From the IMG/VR virus record IMGVR_UViG_3300017469_000123, positions 1-7,421 of that record: a stretch of DNA of 7,421 bases; one strand, given 5' to 3'. Position 1 is the stretch's first letter. The number at the start of each line of letters is the position of its first letter. This document shows, piece after piece, positions 1 to 6,763 of this stretch. The translations under genes were made by a program, and so were the position numbers. Under the pieces are notes generated by a model. It was not told the origin of the DNA. It saw only the letters and a program-made list of their open reading frames with translations, and ran no database searches.

Positions 1-1724
1 TTTATCTGCTCGAAAAGAGAGTTAGCTTGCATAGCGGAAGACATTGCGTTCTTTAACACCCTAAGAGCTTCAGTATAGTTGTTCATTAAAGCCAAGAAGT
101 ATGCTGATGGTGAACTGGCATTTACCTGTTGAGTTACGAGTGTGTTTACAGTGTTCAAGTAATCTAGTGTTTGTTGGGTCTTCTCAAGCCCTGACAGATA
201 AGTTTGCACCTGGGTTTGGTAGTTTTGTGCAATTTCAAACAGCTGTTTGGCGGAACTTTGCATATCATAGCTCTCGCTCGAACTTAACAACTGCAGAGCT
301 TGCGATATATCGCTTAGAATCGTATCCTTATTCGCTAGAATTGTTTTAATGGAGGACGATGTGTTGTTTTGTGGTGGCGTAAGCAATTGCTGAGCTTCTG
401 CTAACAACTGCATAGCTTGCGATATGTTCTTTGCGTCTTGGATATCACCCTGGACTGACTGCAAATTCATTTGAAGATATTGAGAAGCCCTTTCCAAAAC
501 CTGGTAGTTCTGCTGAAGAACCTGATACACGCTGTTGAAGTATTGAGAAAGAGAAAGGAATGTTTGTGTTGAAGGTGGTCTGGGTAATTGCTGTAAGCCC
601 TCCAAAATCGTAAAACCTTGAATATATGAAGTTAAATTTATGTTAATATCGTTCTGTTGTGCTATTTGCGAAGCTTGTTGTAGATATTGAACAGCCTCAG
701 AATAATTTCCACTTTGTGCTTCTTGTTGTCCTTTTTGTATATCTTCAAGTGTTTGCAGGTAAGCAGTGTATTTAGTATACATTCCCTGGACAGTTTCGGA
801 TAACGAACTTGCCAAACTTGATAACGGTGTATTGTCAGCGTTAACATTCTGCAATTGAATCTGTGCCTGTTTTATAAGGTTTATTGCACTCTGTATTGCA
901 GACGTTGAATTTCTATTCTGTTGTGCAATATTCTGTGCATTAACTAGCAGAGTGACTACACTCAGAAGCTGAGAGCTGACCTGTTCAGACTGTTGGTAAT
1001 CGTTTGCAAGAGATGAAAAACCATTGTAATAACCTGATGCTTCTGTAGCGTACTGTGATGCAGTGGCGAAGAACGATTTTAATGTTTGCAGGTATTGTTG
1101 TAACTCCTGTAATGTTATTTCTCCCTGTGGTGGTTGTGGGAACGCAGGTATCTTAGCTAAGTAAGAAACAGCTGTTGTTACGTCTTCAAGCCTCTTGTCG
1201 CTGATGTTATTTTGTTGTGCTAATTGCAGGGCTTGCTGAAGATACTGATAAGCTTCTGCGAAGTTTGCTTTTTCCAGTTCACTGTTAGCATTATTAATGT
1301 ATTGTCCTATCTGTTGTAGTGCCTGCACTGTCTGTATTTGTTGCTGTATTTGCGTTACGTTGATTACATTCGGGTATTGTTGGGCTATTTGTAGAGCTTG
1401 CTGAAGGTTACTCAAAGCAGTGTTGTAATCATCGTTCTTCAATGCCTCGTTTGCAGAATTGAAAAGCTGAATAACATTGATGTAAGCGAAATAAGGCTGT
1501 AAGTTAATGTTCGGGCTTAGCTTTTGTGCATTCTGCAAATCGGTTAATGCCTGGTTGACGTTACCGTTCTCTGCGTCATTAATTGCTTGTTGGACATATA
1601 TTAACGCTTGGATTTTTTGTGCAGTTTGAGTTAAACCGTTTTGTTCTGCTAATTGCAGGGCTTGTTGGTATTTGTCCTCAGAGAGTAACTGGTTTATCTG
1701 TTGTGTGATAGGATTAGCACTCAT
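1..1724 (-). CDS. Giant Gln-rich TPR-like alpha-helical repeat protein, probable virion/tail protein (3' end outside window)
   Basis: Manual translation from ATG at 1724 gives 574 codons with no stop to the window edge: MSANPITQQINQLLSEDKYQQALQLAEQNGLTQ...NFAEAYQYLQQALQLAQQNN...GNYSEAVQYLQQASQIAQQND...NAMSSAMQANSLFEQI. In-frame TGA upstream at 1737-1739; TATA box 24 bp upstream. Very large helical virion proteins are typical of bicaudaviruses (family knowledge); function is inferred. Confidence 0.9.
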   Translation of the reverse strand, partial: MSANPITQQINQLLSEDKYQQALQLAEQNGLTQTAQKIQALIYVQQAINDAENGNVNQALTDLQNAQKLSPNINLQPYFAYINVIQLFNSANEALKNDDYNTALSNLQQALQIAQQYPNVINVTQIQQQIQTVQALQQIGQYINNANSELEKANFAEAYQYLQQALQLAQQNNISDKRLEDVTTAVSYLAKIPAFPQPPQGEITLQELQQYLQTLKSFFATASQYATEASGYYNGFSSLANDYQQSEQVSSQLLSVVTLLVNAQNIAQQNRNSTSAIQSAINLIKQAQIQLQNVNADNTPLSSLASSLSETVQGMYTKYTAYLQTLEDIQKGQQEAQSGNYSEAVQYLQQASQIAQQNDININLTSYIQGFTILEGLQQLPRPPSTQTFLSLSQYFNSVYQVLQQNYQVLERASQYLQMNLQSVQGDIQDAKNISQAMQLLAEAQQLLTPPQNNTSSSIKTILANKDTILSDISQALQLLSSSESYDMQSSAKQLFEIAQNYQTQVQTYLSGLEKTQQTLDYLNTVNTLVTQQVNASSPSAYFLALMNNYTEALRVLKNAMSSAMQANSLFEQI

Positions 1725-1738
1725 TATATATAACTCTC

Positions 1739-1755
1739 AAACAGCTGTTTAAAAA
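1739..1755 (-). promoter_or_regulatory. Archaeal TATA box (TTTTTAAA, 1755-1748) overlapping palindrome AAACAGCTGTTT (1739-1750); probably a leaderless transcript
   Basis: Minus strand reads AATAACTTTTTAAACAGCTGTTTGAGAGTTATATATAATG. TATA-to-ATG spacing of ~24 nt fits Sulfolobales leaderless mRNAs. Confidence 0.75.
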
Positions 1756-1785
1756 GTTATTAGATTCTCGTCTCCTCCCACTCTG

Positions 1786-2112
1786 CTATCTTTCACGTAA
1801 AAACCAGTAGATAAACGCCAGACCAATGAGCATCGCGAACACTGTAATATCAAAAAACGGGTATGCAATAATGCTGTATAATATTAGCAATACATTGTAT
1901 TGTTGGGAATAATACTGCGGTTGGTTCAGGGTAAATGTAGAATTAGCTATCTGTATCGAATCTTTTGTGCTATTTGTATATATCATTGAAGAGTTAGAGA
2001 TGATGAGAGTCTGTTTACTTATAAGGTTAAAGAACGGGAAAGCTACGAATACTAACATTGTAGCTAACGCAAAAAATACTACTGCTGTAGTTATGGACGG
2101 TTTCAATTGCAT
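1786..2112 (-). CDS. Small 2-TM membrane protein (108 aa), candidate minor virion glycoprotein
   Basis: N- and C-terminal hydrophobic segments flank an S/T/N/Q-rich loop with three N-x-S/T sequons (NSS, NST, NST). SD-like GGTGAT lies just upstream of the ATG (GGTGATTAATCATG). Confidence 0.85.
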   Translation of the reverse strand: MQLKPSITTAVVFFALATMLVFVAFPFFNLISKQTLIISNSSMIYTNSTKDSIQIANSTFTLNQPQYYSQQYNVLLILYSIIAYPFFDITVFAMLIGLAFIYWFLRER

Positions 2113-2114
2113 GA

Positions 2115-2369
2115 TTAATCACCTTCTTCCCTTATTGATGATGCTATAATAAAAATGATAGCTACAACTATGCCTATTCCAAGCCCATACATCCAGTAGT
2201 TTATGTACGGGACAAAACTTGTGTAAGCAGTATGTATATCTGCGGAGACTACATGTGAAATATTGTTCGTAGGCTGAACAGTTTTAGACACTTGAGACTG
2301 TGCAACATTAAAATTATTGAAAATATACACAAGAAGACCGAAAACTATAATGAATATTATCGTAAACAT
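2115..2369 (-). CDS. Small 2-TM membrane protein (84 aa as called; ~105 aa if initiated at ATG 2431 with a -1 shift)
   Basis: Two hydrophobic helices with a loop carrying an N-I-S sequon. The frame stays open upstream to 2435 (GFFSDLATALRSSISFIVIA-M), but the SD-equipped ATG at 2431 is one base out of frame. Confidence 0.8.
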   Translation of the reverse strand: MFTIIFIIVFGLLVYIFNNFNVAQSQVSKTVQPTNNISHVVSADIHTAYTSFVPYINYWMYGLGIGIVVAIIFIIASSIREEGD

Positions 2370-2431
2370 GGCTATAACTATGAACGAAATAGATGAACGT
2401 AACGCTGTTGCTAGATCAGAAAAAAACCCAT

Positions 2432-2797
2432 TTAATCACCCATGTTCAAAAGTTGAGATTCTTCAAAGCCATTCGCCCACTCTTCTAACGTTTGCAATAG
2501 CCCGCGTTTTTTAGCTTCCTTAAGTATTTCTTTCCTAACGGAGTGTGGCACGGGTTCGCCGTCCGGTATACCGTTTTCTTTTATTTTATCTTTGATTAGA
2601 AGGACTAGGTCATGTAACGCTTTCTTTAGGGGTGGGAAGGCGTCAGACCACGCCTCGTCCCCTGCGATTTTTAGCGTTACTTCTGGGTAATTTATTTCAC
2701 CTTTTTCGAATAATAGAAAGTCATGTAGTGCGTCCCTGGCATACTTCTCTGGATGTAAGTCGTCGAACTCAGATTTAACCCAATTTGACCAGTTCAT
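2432..2797 (-). CDS. ATV p131-like four-helix-bundle virion protein (bicaudavirus 'coat'/nucleocapsid family), 121 aa
   Basis: Motif FEKGEINYPEVTLKIAGDEA closely matches the ATV p131 segment as I recall it (FENGQLGYPEVTLKLAGEEA). ATG 2797 is preferred over TTG 2809, which overlaps the operator and lies at or upstream of the expected TSS. Confidence 0.8.
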   Translation of the reverse strand: MNWSNWVKSEFDDLHPEKYARDALHDFLLFEKGEINYPEVTLKIAGDEAWSDAFPPLKKALHDLVLLIKDKIKENGIPDGEPVPHSVRKEILKEAKKRGLLQTLEEWANGFEESQLLNMGD

Positions 2798-2808
2798 TTT
2801 TCCACACA

Positions 2809-2837
2809 AAACATATGTTTGAGTTGTGGTTAAAAAA
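2809..2837 (-). promoter_or_regulatory. TATA box (TTTTTTAA, 2837-2830) followed by palindrome AAACATATGTTT (2809-2820)
   Basis: Read directly; the palindrome lies between TATA and start codon. Confidence 0.75.
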
Positions 2838-2840
2838 TAT

Positions 2841-5096
2841 TTAGATCTTGAAGCCCTGCTTTACCATTTCAAGTATCTTCTTAGCTTTTTCCTCTTCGCC
2901 CTGCGTTAATTTACTAATATTTTGGTTCATCAGCTGTTCTTTCTTTAATTCAGACAGATAGTTGTAATAGTTAACAAGAGCGAACAGTGTACCGAATAGA
3001 TTGATTAATTGTATTCTGTACTTTGGATTCCTTCCAGTTTCCTTTGCAACATTATCTATGAACTTGTCCTTAAGTGTCTCGGGGAACGCTGATAACTCTT
3101 GCCTCGCCTTGTACAAGCAGATTTCATCCTCTTCCGAGCATATCCCTAGTAGTTTAACTATAGTTTTGAACACCTGCATGTCGAGGGTTGAGGGGCTTAT
3201 AGTAGTTTTAACAATTAACGCACCGTACTGATCGTCAAAAGCTTTCTTTGCAAAATTCAAAAGTGATTTTAATTCCTGCAATTGCCCTTCATTTGCTTGG
3301 TTGAGGTCGAAGTCATTTATCCTTAGTATAGCATACTTGCGGTCTGGCGATAACCCATTAACCGACCCGACCAACAACGTGTTATTTTTATCTACAAACA
3401 AGGGTAACGAGAGACCTGCAGACCGTAGCTCTGTAAAAGCGTCAACAAGGTCTTGAAGGTATTTAAGCTTCTGAGGGTCGGCATTCTTAAGGTTCTGTAT
3501 ACTTTCGATCATGCCGTAACTCTTATTCTCGAACAAATTTGTGAATGAGAAGATCAAATAGGCATCCTTGTATAATTGCACCATGGCACTCAGTTCTTTT
3601 TGATACCTCTCGAACTCGTCTGGGCTTAACGGTCTGATGACTCTTAAGTCTAACACTTGATCGGGAGCGAAAGAGTCTAACAGCTGTATAAGATAATTTT
3701 GTCTAAGTTCTGCGAATACATTAGATAAAACGCTCCTGGTAGTCTCTTCTACAACGCTTCCCTGCTTGTACGTAACTTTCTTGCTTGAAGATTTGTATTC
3801 AGATGGGAATTTGGTGACTAACGCCAAGACGGTAGTAGGGAGAACGCTGGCGTTGTTAGTCTCTAACAGTTCTAGTATCCTGTTCCAATTCTTTTGTAAC
3901 TCGTTCCAGACCTTTTCAGCAAACTCTTCACGCTCTTTTCTGCTTAAAGATTCCCCTTGCCTTATGCCGTATCTGTTTAAGTATGGTCTTAGCCAATCTG
4001 GAATGTATAGTGAAAGTTCCATATTGAGCACTTTTTCTAATTCTAATTTATTTTGCTCAATATTACTATTTTCTACCGCATTCTGTTGTTCCTGAGCTTG
4101 AGGAGCGGGGGTCTGTTGAGGAGTACCTTGCTGTTGAGGGGTAGCTTGAGGAGTGGGAACCTGTTGAGGTTGAGGATTACCGAAAACTATTACATCATTT
4201 TTTTCGAGATTGATTACACGTTCGTTTCCTGTGAGATATTGCGAATAGTTTCCTTTCGGTAAAAGTACCGCAGGAGAAGATCCATATGTGCCTATAACCG
4301 CTTCTGCAATAAGATCAATCGGTAACTTTTCAAGGAATTTTTGTAACTCAGGACTCTCAACATTTTCACTAGGTATAAATTCTGCTGGTGGTATGGTAAC
4401 GTTGCCATGATTTTGTTGGTACTGAGATAGCAGGAAATCGGAAATTTCATTTACAATCCCCTTGGGGATGAGTATAATGTGCGGGTATAAGTCCTTCCTG
4501 AAGGAAGTGTGAATCGCATATGCGGTATAGAAATTTTCTCGGAGTGCAGGATTAACGGATTCTAATGTTTGAATTAACGTCTTTACTTTTGCCTCAGCTG
4601 ATTTCGTTTCTTCTTCTGATTTGCTGTTACCAAATGGAACTTTTGGATATAGGTGGATCACATCAAAAACAAAACCTTTACTTGTAACACCTTCTATTAC
4701 ATTAACATTCATAGTCTTCTCATAAAGCGAAAAACCATATGCATCGATTACCTTGCTGACATTACCTAAATTGAGGTGTATAGTCTTTTCTTTATTCTCT
4801 TCGCCATATTTCACTTCTATGTCATCTGGGTTCTTGATGGGATTTCTCCCTTCCGGAGTACTTACTTTAAGTATAAATGGCATATATCCTTGCGAGTTCA
4901 CAAAACTAAATGTTGCCATAGGCTGATAGTTAACTAATGTTAATGATCCGTCAAACTTCTTTGACGCTTCTTTGCCAAATGCAAAATCTCTACTAGATGC
5001 CAAGAACTTAGAAAAAACCTTGACGAGATAGTCATCTAACGGAACGAGCGAAGGTGAAGCATTCGAAGCTGAAGCCAAAGCATTGTTACTACTCAT
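2841..5096 (-). CDS. Hypothetical 751-aa two-domain viral protein (alpha/beta N-half, P/Q/T linker, helical C-half)
   Basis: Long ORF with its own TATA box and SD-like GAGTGATG (5110-5103). No Walker A, MIDAS or nuclease motif recognised. Confidence 0.9.
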   Translation of the reverse strand: MSSNNALASASNASPSLVPLDDYLVKVFSKFLASSRDFAFGKEASKKFDGSLTLVNYQPMATFSFVNSQGYMPFILKVSTPEGRNPIKNPDDIEVKYGEENKEKTIHLNLGNVSKVIDAYGFSLYEKTMNVNVIEGVTSKGFVFDVIHLYPKVPFGNSKSEEETKSAEAKVKTLIQTLESVNPALRENFYTAYAIHTSFRKDLYPHIILIPKGIVNEISDFLLSQYQQNHGNVTIPPAEFIPSENVESPELQKFLEKLPIDLIAEAVIGTYGSSPAVLLPKGNYSQYLTGNERVINLEKNDVIVFGNPQPQQVPTPQATPQQQGTPQQTPAPQAQEQQNAVENSNIEQNKLELEKVLNMELSLYIPDWLRPYLNRYGIRQGESLSRKEREEFAEKVWNELQKNWNRILELLETNNASVLPTTVLALVTKFPSEYKSSSKKVTYKQGSVVEETTRSVLSNVFAELRQNYLIQLLDSFAPDQVLDLRVIRPLSPDEFERYQKELSAMVQLYKDAYLIFSFTNLFENKSYGMIESIQNLKNADPQKLKYLQDLVDAFTELRSAGLSLPLFVDKNNTLLVGSVNGLSPDRKYAILRINDFDLNQANEGQLQELKSLLNFAKKAFDDQYGALIVKTTISPSTLDMQVFKTIVKLLGICSEEDEICLYKARQELSAFPETLKDKFIDNVAKETGRNPKYRIQLINLFGTLFALVNYYNYLSELKKEQLMNQNISKLTQGEEEKAKKILEMVKQGFKI
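4083..4175. repeat. Low-complexity degenerate repeats encoding PQPQQVPTPQATPQQQGTPQQTPAPQAQEQQ
   Basis: ctgttgagg at 4113, 4131 and 4161; 27-nt direct repeat 4095-4121 vs 4143-4169 (23/27 identical). Confidence 0.8.
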
Positions 5097-5109
5097 TTTT
5101 TACATCACT

Positions 5110-5146
5110 CAAACATATGTTTGCTTGTAGTTATTAAAAACTTTTC
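5110..5146 (-). promoter_or_regulatory. BRE-like GAAAAG + TATA (TTTTTAATAA, 5140-5131) followed by 14-bp palindrome CAAACATATGTTTG (5110-5123)
   Basis: Read directly upstream of the 751-aa ORF. Confidence 0.8.
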
Positions 5147-5149
5147 TTG

Positions 5150-5200
5150 GTGACCTCCCTCCCCGCTCTGAAGGGCGAGGTTTGCCGTTCGCTTTGTCGG
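5150..5200 (-). mobile_element. Minimal IS200/IS605-derived non-autonomous element (PATE-like, fused left/right end, single hairpin)
   Basis: Minus strand: TTTAA|CCGACAAAGCGAACGGCAAACCTCGCCCTTCAGAGCGGGGAGGGAGGTCAC. It is a GC-rich island with the CCTCGCCCTTCAGrGCGGGGAGG hairpin typical of Sulfolobales IS605 ends, a TTTAA target on the 5' side, a TCAC-type 3' end and no target duplication. The end sequences are compared from memory. Confidence 0.7.
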
Positions 5201-6037
5201 TTAAATTATGTGGAGACCGAATATTACTGCTAACAACATCATCCCCACTATACCGAGCACGAAGTATAACATTATCCTGTTCATTGATTGCACACGCTTA
5301 CTCTCATTCTGCAACTTCAATAACTTCACTAAATTTGCATTCATCTCCTTAACCGTCGTGGGTATCGTGCTTAATATCTCCAACTCTTGCGATAGTCGAC
5401 GGTTAAGCAACAATTTAGGGTCAACAGCGATAGAAAGTTTTGTGGAAGGAGAGAGCGTTATAGCACCGGTAATCATCTTTTTGACCTTAGCCAACTGTGC
5501 TAGTAAGTCTGGTTCCGCTGTATCATACTCAGACACAGGTATCGATGTTTCTAACGTCTCTAATCTTATCGCATATGGCATTGTGTTGTTTTTCCTTATT
5601 GTGATCAACAACGGTCTATGCATCTTCCCGTATTGTATCATCCCGACCATGGATTCCGAGGTGACCGGGACAATTAGCTCTTCGCCTGTAACTGGGTCAT
5701 GGACTGTGTACAACGACGGCGATAATTTTTCGCCTACGTATAGTTGAGCAGACCTAGTAGATATATCAACGTTGACAACTACAACGTCACTATTCTTAGA
5801 GCGACGGATTTGCCTTATTAGCCCATTTCTTATGGGGTCTTTCATATACGACCTTCTGAACGTTACGTATACAACAATAAATACTACAAATAGTATACCT
5901 AGAGCGATAAAAATGTAAACATATGGCGGAGATAATAGCATTCGAAATAACGAGAAAACTGTAACTTGTTGAGCTTGTGTGTGTGGGGCTACAGTGTTTG
6001 TCAAACTTATGTTTGAAGACGGTGTTTTCAGTGCCAT
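5201..6037 (-). CDS. Membrane protein with N- and C-terminal TM helices and a pre-C-terminal coiled coil (278 aa)
   Basis: TM1 YVYIFIALGILFVVFIVVYVTF; TM2 IMLYFVLGIVGMMLLAVIFGL. Start moved from GTG 6097 to ATG 6037 because TTTTAAAA (6066-6059) lies ~22 nt upstream of it. Confidence 0.85.
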   Translation of the reverse strand: MALKTPSSNISLTNTVAPHTQAQQVTVFSLFRMLLSPPYVYIFIALGILFVVFIVVYVTFRRSYMKDPIRNGLIRQIRRSKNSDVVVVNVDISTRSAQLYVGEKLSPSLYTVHDPVTGEELIVPVTSESMVGMIQYGKMHRPLLITIRKNNTMPYAIRLETLETSIPVSEYDTAEPDLLAQLAKVKKMITGAITLSPSTKLSIAVDPKLLLNRRLSQELEILSTIPTTVKEMNANLVKLLKLQNESKRVQSMNRIMLYFVLGIVGMMLLAVIFGLHII

Positions 6038-6087
6038 GTTAATATCTTGGCAGAAGGGTTTTAAAAGAAGAAGGAAGCGAAGTCGCG

Positions 6088-6094
6088 AAAAAAA
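6088..6094 (-). terminator. Putative oligo-U terminator of the capsid gene
   Basis: T7 tract ~20 nt after the capsid stop, followed by a pyrimidine-rich stretch; typical of Sulfolobales terminators. Confidence 0.5.
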
Positions 6095-6114
6095 CACGTG
6101 CTTGACTTAGAGTT

Positions 6115-6588
6115 TTAACCAGTCTTGAATTTCTCCATTATTATGGATATTATACCTGCCGCGATGAGTACTATCCCTGTCACACCTAACAGCACGTACA
6201 GCGTCGGGAAGAAGCTGAAGAACGATACCATACCGTTTACGAGTGGGTGGGTCAAGTTATATGCCAACGTTCCTGGTGACGGATTGCTTATTGCTGAGGC
6301 AGTAGCTGTGGCGAAGATAGACAGAATGAGACCAGATAGTCCTATTATTACACCGACGATTAGGAGGGCTATTGCTATCGTCGGGATATCAAACCCATTG
6401 GTTCCGAACGTTACTCTGACTAATGACCCTGCTACTCCTGGTTCATGAATTCTAGTCGCTTTCTTTATTTTTGGTATATGAACACTATTTGCCTTTGGTG
6501 TACGAACGTTAATTACCTTGAACATTTTTGCTTTTTTACCACCTGCTCCTACTGATTTCACTGACGGAACGACTACCGAAACCGACAT
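6115..6588 (-). CDS. Major capsid protein of spindle-shaped virus type (hydrophobic two-helix hairpin, SMV1-like), 157 aa
   Basis: Basic N-terminal extension (11 K/R and 1 E in the first 50 aa), then two long hydrophobic helices (IPTIAIALLIVGVIIGLSGLILSIFA; FFPTLYVLLGVTGIVLIAAGIISII) joined by a loop with an N-L-T sequon. This matches the established architecture of bicaudavirus/fusellovirus MCPs. Confidence 0.8.
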   Translation of the reverse strand: MSVSVVVPSVKSVGAGGKKAKMFKVINVRTPKANSVHIPKIKKATRIHEPGVAGSLVRVTFGTNGFDIPTIAIALLIVGVIIGLSGLILSIFATATASAISNPSPGTLAYNLTHPLVNGMVSFFSFFPTLYVLLGVTGIVLIAAGIISIIMEKFKTG

Positions 6589-6601
6589 TTTGCTTCGTGT
6601 A

Positions 6602-6633
6602 AAACATCTGTTTGAGGTATTAATAAACTTTTC
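6602..6633 (-). promoter_or_regulatory. BRE-like GAAAAG + TATA (TTTATTAATA, 6627-6618) followed by palindrome AAACAGATGTTT (6602-6613)
   Basis: Read directly upstream of the capsid gene. Confidence 0.8.
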
Positions 6634-6754
6634 GCTTCACTATTTCTGGTCTGGGAAAAGGTCTCAGCTCCACAGGCACTGGGGGTGGCTCCCACCCCGA
6701 GCGATATAAAAATTGTATAAAAAATTTGGAATTTGGTATGGGTTTGGGCTTCAT
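6620..6754 (-). CDS. Possible 44-aa Pro-rich microprotein (MKPKPIPNSKFFIQFLYRSGWEPPPVPVELRPFPRPEIVKRKVY)
   Basis: Open from ATG 6754 to TAA 6620; preceded by ATATAAAT (6790-6783) and the operator palindrome. Short enough to be a chance ORF. Confidence 0.3.
   Translation of the reverse strand: MKPKPIPNSKFFIQFLYRSGWEPPPVPVELRPFPRPEIVKRKVY
6654..6703 (-). mobile_element. Relic resembling the 3' tail of a Sulfolobales tnpB / 5' part of the omegaRNA scaffold
   Basis: GC-rich CGCTCGGGGTGGGAGCCACCCCCAGTGCCTGTGGAGCTGAGACCT translates as RSGWEPPPVPVELRP, like recalled TnpB C-termini (GWEPPxVPVELRPLP). It contains a 7-bp hairpin at 6682-6698. Confidence 0.55.
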
Positions 6755-6763
6755 TATTCCGTC

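Noticed and set aside
101-847. Track ORFs 101-349 (+) and 662-847 (-)
   Set aside because: Antisense or alternate-frame shadows of the giant ORF that is open from 1724 to the window edge.
1967-4262. Plus-strand ORFs 1967-2149, 2317-2514, 3001-3231, 3766-4095 and 4053-4262
   Set aside because: Antisense to well-supported minus-strand genes, with atypical composition and no promoter evidence.
2841-5096. 751-aa ORF as the bicaudavirus MoxR AAA+ ATPase or VWA co-chaperone
   Set aside because: No GxxGxGK[ST] or DxSxS motif was seen in the translation.
6038-6097. 20-aa N-terminal extension (GTG start) of the 298-aa call
   Set aside because: Covers the terminator tract and TATA box; ATG 6037 fits a leaderless start.
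6682-6698. GC hairpin as a tRNA fragment or bacterial-type terminator
   Set aside because: No cloverleaf and no immediately adjacent U-tract; better explained as part of the tnpB-like relic.
5150-6703. Idea that the two IS relics form one composite transposon carrying the capsid and membrane genes
   Set aside because: The 5150-5200 element has its own TTTAA target and left-end-like start, and no left end is visible upstream of the capsid gene. Independent events are more parsimonious.
5208-6709. Plus-strand ORFs 5208-5747 (179 aa), 6125-6448 and 6518-6709
   Set aside because: The first two are antisense shadows of hydrophobic genes; the third crosses the capsid promoter.
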